64,000 bases of DNA from Ranitomeya imitator (taxonomy: Eukaryota). Positions 24,341 to 35,603 of the stretch are shown here, piece after piece. The stretch is taken from contig NC_091283.1 of the NCBI RefSeq assembly GCF_032444005.1, forward strand, positions 159,464,001-159,528,000. Direction: 5' to 3'. The stretch's first letter is position 1. Every line of letters begins with the position of its first letter. The position numbers and the translations under genes are program-made. Below the pieces are notes generated by a model, which saw nothing but the letters and a program-made list of their open reading frames with translations, had not been told where the DNA came from and did not search any database.

Positions 24341-26169
24341 GGTTGTCTGGTTGGAGCCAAGATAATGTGCATACACCGTACTGATCTATTCATTGACTGT
24401 ATATTGCTGTAGGTTCTTATGGGTTCAGAGGTCAGATCTGGCTGACATGGGACTGTGTCTTGTTGTCTGCAGGGCCGTGGAGATTTGTCCCTTTCCCAGT
24501 TGCTCCTGTCCTGTGTGTGGTCCAGAGATTGCTCAGTGATTGTGGGGTATTGTCATTGCTCATTAGATACCAGGACTTGTAATTAGGGCGTGCGTTACTT
24601 TCCTAACCTCACCCTCATTGCCGCTCTCTATGTGACCCGTGGACATTGGGACTAAAATTAGGCCTAAATATACAGTGTGGTCATTTGCTATATGGAGGCT
24701 AGGCTTAGACCCGCACTTATAGGGAAGCTCCACTTTCCCAGAATAGCTTAATTAGCATCTCCATCAGTAGAATTGCTGTGTCTGAGAGTGATCAGATCTA
24801 TAGCGGGGCAGCGATCCAGACTCACCCCCTCCGTGGTGTCAGCCATTATGTAATAAGCGTGGAATTAGCCTTTTAAGTGTATGGCGCCTTTAAAAAGAAT
24901 TGCGATATCACATCCTATTGATTATGAGTTATCACAGCAATGGGCCTCATATCAAACCTGACCTAGTCCAAAGCAATCAATTATAGATCAGCTGTTATTT
25001 ATTACAGGAGAGCTCAAATCTTAGACATATGGCATATCTATAGGAAGTGCTGAAATGGGGGGTCGCTAAGTGGCACATGTATGCCTGCTCCGCTCTACCA
25101 GAGGTCTTAGACACAATTACTTGTTAAGGGGGCTATTAAGTGGCATTATTATTTATGGGGACTCCAAAAATGCATTATTACGTTATATGCAGCAGCCGAA
25201 TGTGGCGGTGGCACAGATCAGCAGGAGCCGGGCCCGGGCACACGGTGGTAGTACAGGGATGTGCTTCTGGTTTCCTGTAGGGGTCTAGCCTACACTTCAG
25301 ATCTCATCGGTGCGACCCCAAATGAGGTCAGCACTGTGCAGTATGACTTCCCATGTGCTTGTGAACAGGGCCTATTACCAGAAGCGAGCCACTTATTTGG
25401 AGGATAGGTGCCCTTAAGTGAATTTTTCTTTAACATCAATTTCCAGAAAATTTGACAACCAATAAATCGCCACTACAACTTCCTCTGTTGTGGTCTGTCC
25501 TCCACTTGTACCCCAAATCTGTCTGTGATGTGGGTGTATCAGGTGTAGCGTAAATCCTTACAGTTCCTGGATATATAGAAAAGTTTTATATCGGTGATGT
25601 CATCAACAGGGGCGGGGCTGACAACCCCTCACACAGGATATACAGAACGGTTGTCAGCAGTAATAGACGATGAGCCGCTGCTGTTATATAAGGCAGTGTT
25701 TCTCAACTCCAGTCCTCAAGACCCACCAACAGGTCACGTTTTCAGGATTTCCTTACGATTGCATAGGTGATGGAAGTAAGCAGTAATAGGTAATTATTAC
25801 AGTACATGATAGTCGGATCTCCTGGATGTGAAGTGACCACACGGCTCACCCAGCACTGGCGCGCTGTATCCTTGGCAGACCTATGTGTTGTATTTCTGTT
25901 GAGTGGGCCATCAGGGTGGTCATACAGACCTCGGGGTCATGTGTTAAGTCCCAGTGGGCCCACATGTCTGATCCTGACATAGCAGGAGAGGAGGAGGCTG
26001 CTGGTGCTGGCTGATCACTGTGAGTCTGCTGCAGAGGATGATTCATGTACTAGTGGAAAAAATCTTATCTTTGAGAATTTAACCCTTTCTCTTCTCGATT
26101 GTCTTATAACAAGAAAGATAAATATCTTGGTATCGTGTTAGCCAGTAGATAGAAAAATATTTACATTTG

Positions 26170-26787
26170 AGAGTCCTCAGTGGTTGATATTGAGGGTCCT
26201 CAGTGGTTGATATTGAGAGTCCTCAGTGGTTGATATTGAGGGTCCTCAGTGTTTGATATTGAGGGTCCTCAGTGGTTGATATTGAGAGTCCTCAGTGGTT
26301 GATATTGATTGTCCTCAGTGGTTGATATTGATTGTCCTCAGTGGTTGATATTGAGGGTCCTCAGTGGTTGATATTGAGGGTCCTCAGTGGTTGATATTGA
26401 GGGTCCTCAGTGGTTGATATTGAGGGTCCTCAGTGGTTGATATTGAGGGTCCTCAGTGGTTGATATTGAGGGTCCTCAGTGGTTGATATTGAGGGTCCTC
26501 AGTGGTTGATATTGAGGGTCCTCAGTGGTTGATATTGAGGGTCCTCAGTGGTTGATATTGAGGGTCCTCAGTGGTTGATATTGAGGGTCCTCAGTGGTTG
26601 ATATTGAGGGTCCTCAGTGGTTGATATTGAGAGTCCTCAGTGGTTGATATTGAGGGTCCTCAGTGGTTGATATTGAGGGTCCTCAGTGGTTGATATTGAG
26701 GGTCCTCAGTGGTTGATATTGAGGGTCCTCAGTGGTTGATATTGAGGGTCCTCAGTGGTTGATATTGGGGGTCCTCAGTGGTTGATA
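26170..26787. repeat. 23-bp minisatellite (~27 copies) amplified from the tail of a hammerhead-bearing element
   Basis: Unit GTGGTTGATATTGAGGGTCCTCA with period 23. It merges into GTCCTCAGTGGTTGATACCTTTTAATGGCTAA of the adjacent element. Confidence 0.9.
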
Positions 26788-26821
26788 CCTTTTAATGGCT
26801 AACTGAAAAGATAGTAACAAA

Positions 26822-26862
26822 TTGCAAGCTTTCGAGACTCCTCAGGGCTCTTCATCAGACAT
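26822..26862 (-). ncRNA. Minimal type-I hammerhead ribozyme motif (Penelope-derived element)
   Basis: The minus strand reads CTGATGA-A-GAGccctgaggagtCTC-GAAA-GCTT-GC. Core boxes are intact and stem III is palindromic (AGCT). Stem II has one mismatch and stem I is only ~3 bp. Confidence 0.65.
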
Positions 26863-26890
26863 AGAATAACACAAAATCCGAAGCATTCTT

Positions 26891-26925
26891 CTGATGAAGA
26901 GACCTGAGGAGACTCCATAGCTTGC
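26891..26925 (+). ncRNA. Degenerate hammerhead motif, inverted partner of 26822-26862
   Basis: CTGATGA-A-GAGACctgaggaGACTC-CATA-GCTTGC. The GAAA box is mutated to CATA. Confidence 0.5.
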
Positions 26926-27764
26926 TCGACTACTGAGGACTCTCAATCCTAAATATTTTTCTATGTAACAGGTGATTTCGCCTAGATAGAGGGTAATTCC
27001 ACATTTGAAAAGCAGTTGTATAAATTAACATGACTTTACATAAATTTACTTTTATGCAGATACTGCATTATATGTCTTCTCCAGTTATATCCAGAGCTGC
27101 TTTCAAAATGTTTCTGCTAGCGTAAGAGCTTCTCTGGTTTAGGGCTCATTTTTAGCTTGCAAAACTGCAGTTTATTTCCGTGAGCAGTGGATGGTAGAAT
27201 AAATGCAGCTTTGGCTGTGACTAGAGTAGAAGCAACTATAGAAGTGAAGAAGAACACATAATCATTTCCTTCCCAGTTACATCTGCCGACTGCGCCAATT
27301 CTCTATTGCTTGGGTGTGTCGTCTCTGTACTACTAACATGTACATGACATAAATCACACTGAACCCCAAGGGCAGTGAGAATTCAGAGAGTGCCAAGTGA
27401 AAACTGCAGAAAGGGAATTCTGCCCAAACTTATTGATGTCACTGCAGTATTCAGTGGGGTTACCACCCGACCGGTCCTGCTGCAATAATCACACCGCAAT
27501 ATAGGAGTGGGGGAGCTCTGAACAAGACAGGTAACATGATGCTGCCTTCTGTTTTGATATAGCAAGCTCAAAGGTGAGTCCAATTGTGCCGAGGAAGATG
27601 CTGGGAGGAAGCGATGAGAATCTGTCTGCTCTATGGACTTCTGTCACATAACTGAGATACTCAGGACTAGATACACGAGGATAAGAAGTCCATATAATGA
27701 GGTGTCTGAGTGGTAAATAGTCATAGGAAATTTTACCTAAGCAAGTCTTATAGCAGTTATATGC

Positions 27765-28470
27765 TTGTACATAGGAGCAGTATTATAGCAGTTATATTCT
27801 TGTACGTAGAGGGCAGTATTATAGTAGTTATATTCTTGTATATAGGAGCAGTATTATAGCAGTTATATTCTTGTACATAGGGGCAGTATTATAGTAGTTA
27901 TATTCTTGTACATAGGGGCAGTATTATAGTACCGTATTTATATTCTTGTACATAGGGAGCAGTATTATAGTAGTTATATTCTTGTACATAGGGGCAGTAT
28001 TATAGTAGTTATATTCTTGTACATAGGGGCAGTATTATAGTACCGTATTTATATTCTTGTACATAGGGGCAGTATTATAGTAGTTATATTCTTCTACATA
28101 GGGGCAGTATTATAGTAGTTATATTCTTGTACATAGGGGGCAGTATTATGGTAGATATATTCTTGTACATAAGGAGCAGTATTATAGCAGTTATATTCTT
28201 CTACATAGGGGCAGTATTATAGTAGTTATATTCTTGTACATAGGAGCAGTATTATAGTAGTTATATTCTTGTACATAGGGGCAGTATTATAGTAGTTATA
28301 TTCTTGTACATAGGGAGCAGCATTATAGTAGTTATATTCTTGTACATAGGAGCAGTATTATAGTAGTTATATTCTTGTACATAGTGGGCAGTATTATAGT
28401 AGTTATATTCTTGTACATAGGAGCAGTATTATAGTAGTTATATTCTTGTACATAGGGGGCAGTATTATAG
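27765..28470 (-). repeat. ~35-bp minisatellite (~20 copies)
   Basis: Unit CAGTATTATAGTAGTTATATTCTTGTACATAGGGG. It is the reverse complement of the arrays at 45.8, 58.9 and 61.5 kb. Confidence 0.93.
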
Positions 28471-31400
28471 TATTTATGTTTTTAGTCGTTTCTGGCTTGT
28501 AGGCAGTCTGAAACCCCCATACAGTATAGATAGTGGTTGGATGACTATGGTTTGGCTGACTGTTGTCTCCTGATTCCTCCATAGACAGGAGTGTTTAGCT
28601 CTGCTGAAGGCTTCTGTGCTCTCTGAGAGACATCTCTTGTGATGTCTTATCTTGCCGAGAACAAAAGGATTGGCATTTCGAGATCAGACTTGCCAGATCC
28701 TCATCTTCCCAAACATAGTATCTGGGAGGGCGTGGGAAGGTCCCCATACACATTAGAATGACTGCTGAGCTCGCTGATATTGGGGTTTGGATGACTTTAG
28801 TCTAATGTGTATGGGGCTTTATTTTTGGGGAACAGTGTCTCCTGTACCTTCGGTGTATACATATTGATCAGTGTATTACGATCCTTCCTCATGCCCTTGA
28901 TGGATTCTTGCTTGAGGTACACGCAGCCTTTGTTTGCTTTCATTATCAGGCTCTTATCACAGGGTGTATGACGTGTGTCGTGCGCGCTCAGCTGAACATT
29001 CGTCACTCTCACACCTATGTGTTGTCATATCAATAAGGAAACCTGTCGGAGCTTCGTGGTGATTTCCGTTTTTTAACGCTCCTATTATATCACTGTGTTT
29101 CGTCTATAATAATGCGCTTACATTTTCACAATGTCCCTTTAAATGTCTGGTCTCTCACCATTACAGTAGATGGTCATTATAGAGGGGCTCCTCAGCTCCG
29201 GACCGTGCTATGGCTACAGCTGTCCAATAGCGACTTTGCACATTACCCTCATGTAATACAACATGTCACCTGCAGGTGACGCTGATGGGGAAGCACCTGG
29301 CTATCCAAGTCAGGAGTGAACTGTGGCTTCTGATTGGTTTCTCTGACCAGTTTGGGCCACCATGTCTTTTCTTGACGAAACCTGTAATCCTGCGACTAGT
29401 GACGGTCTCTTACCTGCTGACTAATCCTGTCTCGGAATTGTCTGGTTACGCGCCTGTGGGTGTCAGGCCGCTCAGACCCTTCTGTAATTATCTGCACTAA
29501 TTACCTGCACTCGTTAGTCACTCGAGGAAATTTCCATTCATAAACCCGGCGGTCGCCGCTTCTCCAAGAAAATGTGATAAAGGTATAATAATGTTCTTCA
29601 CGCTAAGAGGATTCCTTACCATGGCAGCCAGTGTCCAAAGAAAAGCAGAGATTTCCCCATAATCCTATTAACTGTTTAATAACTTGTAAATCTTTGAGGA
29701 CCGGAAGAGTTTTTCTGCGTGACGCATATAATGGGTGCAGGGTGCCCCTATTGGAGCTGCATAGCATGCATCGCTACGTAAATGCGCACATACTCTGTGA
29801 TTTCAAAGTAATGCATCTGTTTATCTTCTTTGCAACAATGCTGTAAAGTGAGTCCTCTACCCATGGCAGTTCTGAAACTGGACAGTGGCGTTCTGTCCTC
29901 CGTAATGACTACTGTAGGTCACAAGTCTTAGGAACATGAGACTAGTAGGGGGTCCACTGGTTTTCAGTAAACCAATGGAGATCACATAAGACATAGCTGG
30001 AAACCTGACTCTTAACTAAAAAAAAACAGGGAGGTGCCTTATTTATAAAGAGTCATGTGGGTGGGGCTAAGCTCTTCTGGATCATATTGCCTAAAACCAA
30101 ACCAGAACCTCCATTTGCTCACATCTGTTTCGGGGTTCTTTCCATTCATCAGTGCAAGGTAGGACATTGGTTGTCTTGGCCAGAGGCCTTCAGTTGAGGG
30201 TGGGTTGAAGCTAAGGCTTGGCGAAATTTTCCCTATTAGACCTCCCATAAGGCACATGGTAGGATGTCCGTGCCCCCTGAACATGTTGGTTCTCCTTCCT
30301 CCTCTGAGATATGAGTAAGATTAGTCTAGCCCTGCCCCGACTCTTTAAGATAAGTCTCCGCCTACGTGACCTCTGTTGGTTTGCTATAAGGCAGAGAGGA
30401 TTTACAGGAAGGGGAATATCGGAAGATCCCGAGGAGATCAATGGGCTCAAATGTCTTGCGTCACATACGAGGGAAAGGTTGTGGTTTGGATAGAGCAGCA
30501 CACAATGCAGCCAACCGGCGACACCTCCGTCTGTGCCTCAGCCTAAATGACGCATTAACCCCTTTTCATCAAAGAGACTTTTCATAAGATGAACCCTCTT
30601 GTGTGACAATCTAAGAGAAGGCGGAGGAGGAAACCCATGATGTTTCGCCTGTGGAATTCTGCAGGGTACAAAGGGACCACTCTCTGCGTAGGACATCTTT
30701 ACAAGGTGCCTCGCGCTCCATCTACGGTCTCTTCTTCCACTGCTCGTGTCAAACCCCAATTTTTATTTACATTCACTCTGATTAGTGGAGAAAGACAAAC
30801 TGTTTTAGAAACTATCAACAAGTTGCTGTTGATGGAACCGTTTTCCTTGATTTGACTCTATGAATGGAGTAATGACAACACAACTATTAATGATCTACTG
30901 TTTACAAGCCCATTATGCTGACTGTATTAAAGCCTAGTCAGAATGATGGATCTGTTAACAGCAACTTGCTGACTGTTTTCTGCAAAAAGTAAAATTAAAA
31001 TTCTGCATTAAGTAAAATTAAAAGTGCAGGATTGTTTACTGACAACATGTTTTTTTAGCAGTGCCAGTGACCATGGCATCGATCTGCCTCTCCCGTACTA
31101 TTGTGCTTTTTGCTGGCATGGTTTCCTGGCATCATTCGGGCCCCTGATCTGCCTGTGCCAAGAATGGCGGCTGCCAGCATAGCCCCTAATAAATGAATTA
31201 CGCAGCCTCCAATTGTGTAAGGGGATCAGTGATGCTTTGCAGATGTCGCTAAACTTTTGTGTCTTGTTTTTTTGGCCTGATCGGGCATAGAGGGCACGGG
31301 CGCGAAAGCTTCTGTACAATGACATTGTGATACGGCTGCCCTGGTAACAAGGCAATGAGAGGGTGGAAATGCCAGCACACTGCCTGCTTCATAGAAACAA

Positions 31401-31860
31401 GCCTTTTATTGATGTCTGGATGCAGCTGGAGCAATGGATACGGTATCTGATTTTTACAAACAATATGGCTGCCATTACAGTTCTCTGTTGGCCTCCCAGC
31501 TTTCCCAGAACCCTGCATGACAAACTGACAGAAATGCTCATGTGTAACTGTGTGGTGTTATGTTCCTAATTTCTTCATATACCAAAGCAGATTCTTATCT
31601 TTAATGTTTCATAGAATATTTGTGAAAGAATGTCTGATGATATCACTTCCTTCTATCAGAGATTGTAATCCTCCAACTATATCATGCTGCAGTCACGAGA
31701 GGAATAACCCTATATAGCATCTCAACGGAACGTCCCTGCAGCTTGCCTCAGGGTGAAGGGCAGATGTGCTGCTGAGCGTAATACCACCCTCTGCTGAAAG
31801 AAAACAAGGGGGTTTGGTACCGTGTAAAAAAAGAATGCTCTCAGTGAGAAAAACAAGAAA

Positions 31861-31931
31861 AATCTTGTAGTTATTATGCCTTTTAATGTCTAACAAAAAT
31901 AAAATAAATTATGTTACAAAGCAAGCTTTCC
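31861..31931 (-). mobile_element. Truncated Penelope-derived hammerhead-element remnant
   Basis: The minus strand reads GAAAGCTTGC...TTGTTAGACATTAAAAGGCATAATAACTACAAGATT. It matches 44130-44195 and lacks the CUGANGA box. Confidence 0.55.
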
Positions 31932-32115
31932 AAACTTTCCTCCAGCATGGTGTAACAAAGTTTCTGAAGAAACACAAATATATGCACACAAAATAATAAA
32001 AAACAACAACAAAAGAGAAGTAAGGACAGACATGGCATGATAAATAGGCATTTAAATAAATAAACAAACTGAGCTCAGAGACTGAATCCTTAATTGGAGA
32101 AGGTTAGTGGTGTGA

Positions 32116-32444
32116 GGGTATGTGCACACGTTCAGGTTTTTTTCACGTTTTTTCGCAATAAAACCGCATTAGAAACTGCAGACATATGCATCCTATCATT
32201 TAGAATGCATTCTGCAATTTTTGTGCATATGATGCGTTTTTTTTCCGCGAAAAAAACGTATCGCGGTAAAAAAAAGCAGCATGTTCATTAATTTTGCAGG
32301 TTTTTTTCACATTTTTCCCGCTATTCTATGCATTTGGAAAAAACGCATCAAAAACGCGCCAAAAATGCATGCGGATTTCTGGCATAAATGTCAGGTTTAT
32401 GTAAGGAAAATTTCTGCCAGAAATCTTGACGTGTGCACATACCC
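32116..32444. mobile_element. Harbinger-type MITE
   Basis: GGGTATGTGCACACGT...ACGTGTGCACATACCC with TSD TGA on both sides. Confidence 0.88.
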
Positions 32445-32465
32445 TGAAAGTTTTATGGTCCCAAT

Positions 32466-34502
32466 CAGGGGGCGGACATAGTGCATGTGCAGCGCGTTCA
32501 AACGCACCGGAGGTGGAGGGGGACCCTTGCAGGGCAGCTATCACTTGAGGGCAATCTGGCCTGTTTCTGCGGCCCCGAGGTTCAGGGGTCCCCTAGCTAG
32601 ATTGCTTTCATGTGCGGTAGCTAGGGATCGATCCCTGCAGCTCCAATCCATTTGCGGAGTGGAGCTGTAGTGATCCATCCTGCTTGCTGGCTACGTTTCC
32701 TGTCTGACACAGCAGCGCAGCTGGATGATGTCAGCATTCAGCGCTCGGCTGTGTTAGATAGAGGAAGCTGCTGGTGACGAAGATGCTGCGGGGGAGCGTG
32801 CGGAGAGGTGAGCGGTGCTGTGTGTGTGTGTGTGTGTGAACGTGCGGAGAGGTGTGTGTATGTATCTGTGTGTGTAGGCAGGCATGCAGGCAGGGAATGT
32901 TGAGGGTGGAGGTGGAGTAGGCAATGATGGAGGTGGGGAGAAGGCAATCGTAGAGGTGATGGAGAGAGCAATGATGGAGGTGTGTTTGTGTGGAAAATGT
33001 TAGGGGCGGTGGTGGAGAAGGCAATGATGGAGGTGGTGGGGGAGAAGACAGTGGTGGAGGTGGTGATGGAGGTGGTGGAGAGGGCAATGATGGAGGTGGT
33101 GGAGAGGGCAACCTTGCAGGTGGTGGCGAGAGCAATGATGGAGGTGGTAGGGAAAACAATGATTGGTGATGGGGAGAAAAGTGATTGCGGTGGTGGAGAG
33201 GGCAATGATGGAGGTGATGGGCAGGGCAATAATTGGAGAGGGCAATGATGGAGGTGGGGGAAGGCAATGATGGAGGTGGGGGAAGGCAATGATGGAGGTG
33301 GTGGCGAAGGCAATGATGGGTGGTGGCGAGGGCAATGATGGAGGTGGTGGAGAGAGCAATGATGTAGGTGGTGGAGAGAGCAGTGATGTAGGTGGTGGGG
33401 AAAACAATGATTGGGGTGGTGGAGATGGTAATGTGGGAGAACAATGATTGGGGTGGTGGGGGAGAACAGTGATTGGGGTGGCAGGGAGAGCAGTGTTGGA
33501 GGTAGTGGGGGAGAACAATGATTGGGGTGGTGAAGTCAATGATGGGGGAGAACAATGATTGGGGTAGTAGAGAGGGCAATAATTGGGGTGGTGGAGAGGG
33601 CAAGATGGAGGTGGTGGGGGAGAACAATGATTGGGGTGGTGGAGAGGGCAATGATGGAGGTGATGGGGAGGACAATTATTGAGATGGTGGAGAGGGCAAT
33701 GATGGAGGTGGTTGGGGAGAACAATGATTGGGGTGGTGGAGATGGCAATGATGGGAGTGGGGGAGATGGCAATGATGGGGATGATGGGGGAGGGCAGTGA
33801 TGGAGGTGATGGTGAGGGCAGTGATGGAGGTGATGGGGAGGGCAGTGATGGAGGTGATGGTGAGGGCAGTGATGGAGGTGATGGGGAGGGCAGTGATGGA
33901 GGTGATGGGGGAGTGCAGTGATGGAGGTGATGGGGAGGGCAATGATGGGGGTGGAGAGAGCAATGATGGAGGTGATGGGGAGAAAAATGATTGGGGTGGT
34001 GGGGAAGGCAATGATGGAGGAGGTGATGGGGAGGACAAAGATTTGGATGGAGAGGGCAATGAGGTGGTGGGGGAGAAGGCAGTGATGGAGATAATGGGGG
34101 AGGGCAATGATGGAGGTGATGGGGAGTGCAGTGATGGGGGTGGTGGAGAAGGCAATGATAGGAGTGGTGGAGAGGGAAATGATGGGAGTGATGGAGAGGG
34201 CAATGAATGGGAGTGGTGGAGAGAGCAATGATGAGGGTGGTGGAGAGAGCAATGATGAGGGTGGTGGAGAGAGCAATGATGAGGGTGGTGGAGAGGGCAA
34301 TGATGAGGGTGGTGGAGAGGGCAATGATGAGGGTGGTGAGAGGGAAATGATGGGATGTGGGGGGAAGTCAATGAGGAATATGGGAAATTGGGATGGGAGG
34401 AAGGGGGGGCTTATGATTGACTTATGAACAGGGGAGGGAGAGGAGGACATTAGATAAAGATGTAAATTGAATTGAGTGGTGGAGGAGGGTGCTAAGCCCC
34501 TG
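32466..34502. mobile_element. hAT-like non-autonomous element with ~1.5-kb purine-rich low-complexity expansion
   Basis: CAGGGGGCGGACATA left end and a possible CCCCTG right end. GGTGGAGAGGGCAATGATGGA-type repeats at ~32900-34350. Homologous to 1375-2213. No TSD found. Confidence 0.55.
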
Positions 34503-35603
34503 ATAGTGTGCATAGGATAAGGTGCATAGGATGCTTTATAATGAATTGAAAGGTGGGAGAAGATCCTGGCAGCGACTTTTAATGAATTGTGAGGTGGCTG
34601 AGGATGCTCATTACATGATAGCGTCTTCTCCCACCCCCAAATTCATTTTGATGCTATCAAGTACTTATAATGAATAGAGGGACACATGACAGGGACTAAG
34701 GTTATGTGCACACATTCAGGATTTGCAGGAGAAAGTTCTGCTGCATGTCCTAATGTGTTGGCAGGAAGAAAGTTGCGTAAAATACATTTTTACCCTTCGC
34801 CACGACAGCACCCCACATGAGAGAGAGGGATCCGCCCATAGGAACAGGAAACCTACAGAATAAAAGGAGGCGGTCCCCTCTCCTCCTCAGTTTAGGTTTC
34901 CTGTTCCTACAGGGACCCGGCTTACCTACAGATGAAGAGGATCCCTGGGCCATGCACCCGCCTGCGCCGGTTTCTGTGGGAACGGCAGGGGCTGCGGTAC
35001 CAGAAGCAGCGGCGGGGGAGCCCCTGCATGCAGCCTCCCCCCTCGTCTGGCCAAACATCCACGGTCCGGGTCCGGTCACCGTTGGTCCGGCCGGCACTGT
35101 GAGGACGCGCGCGCTGCAGCGGCCGGCTTAATAGCCTCCGGCTGCCGCATGGTGATGAGAGCGGCGCGTCTAACCCGGAAGTCGCGGGAGCACTTCCGGG
35201 TTGGTCCGGGGAGGCAGGAGAATGGGCGGCAGTTTTAAAAATGCAGCGCTAGCGTCGGGCCGGTGTGTGTGAAATGGCTTCACCGGCCGACGAAGCGCAC
35301 CTGCCCGCAGTGCAACAGCGCTCTCCCAGCAGGGAGAGAAGCACGAGGAGCAGCACAAAGAGTGGTGGCCGACCTCCAGAGAAGAGTTCTACCACCAAAC
35401 GAATTCCGCCTCCAGAACCGGTACCTGTCAGCTTCACTGGGTGAGTTTTTGAAAGAGTCTCTTCCTATATGCTGATATATGTTCCTCCTGTATCCTTCCT
35501 CTAGACTAAGAAAAGGACACACAAATCTAAGCATAAAGAGTGTGCTTTATGTACGCAGCCCCTCCCGGATGATTATGCCAAAAAACTGTGTGCAGAGTGT
35601 ATC

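Noticed and set aside
23395-24412. Long ORFs (332, 294 and 280 aa), and similar long ORFs at 10026-11385, 32731-34513 and 61807-62810
   Set aside because: By-products of stop-poor tandem repeats, with frames switching as run length changes.
30039-30560. Possible decayed L1/Tx1 ORF2 C-terminus on the minus strand
   Set aside because: Only vague W/C/H spacing amid many stops. It would need a tBLASTx or HMM hit to support it.
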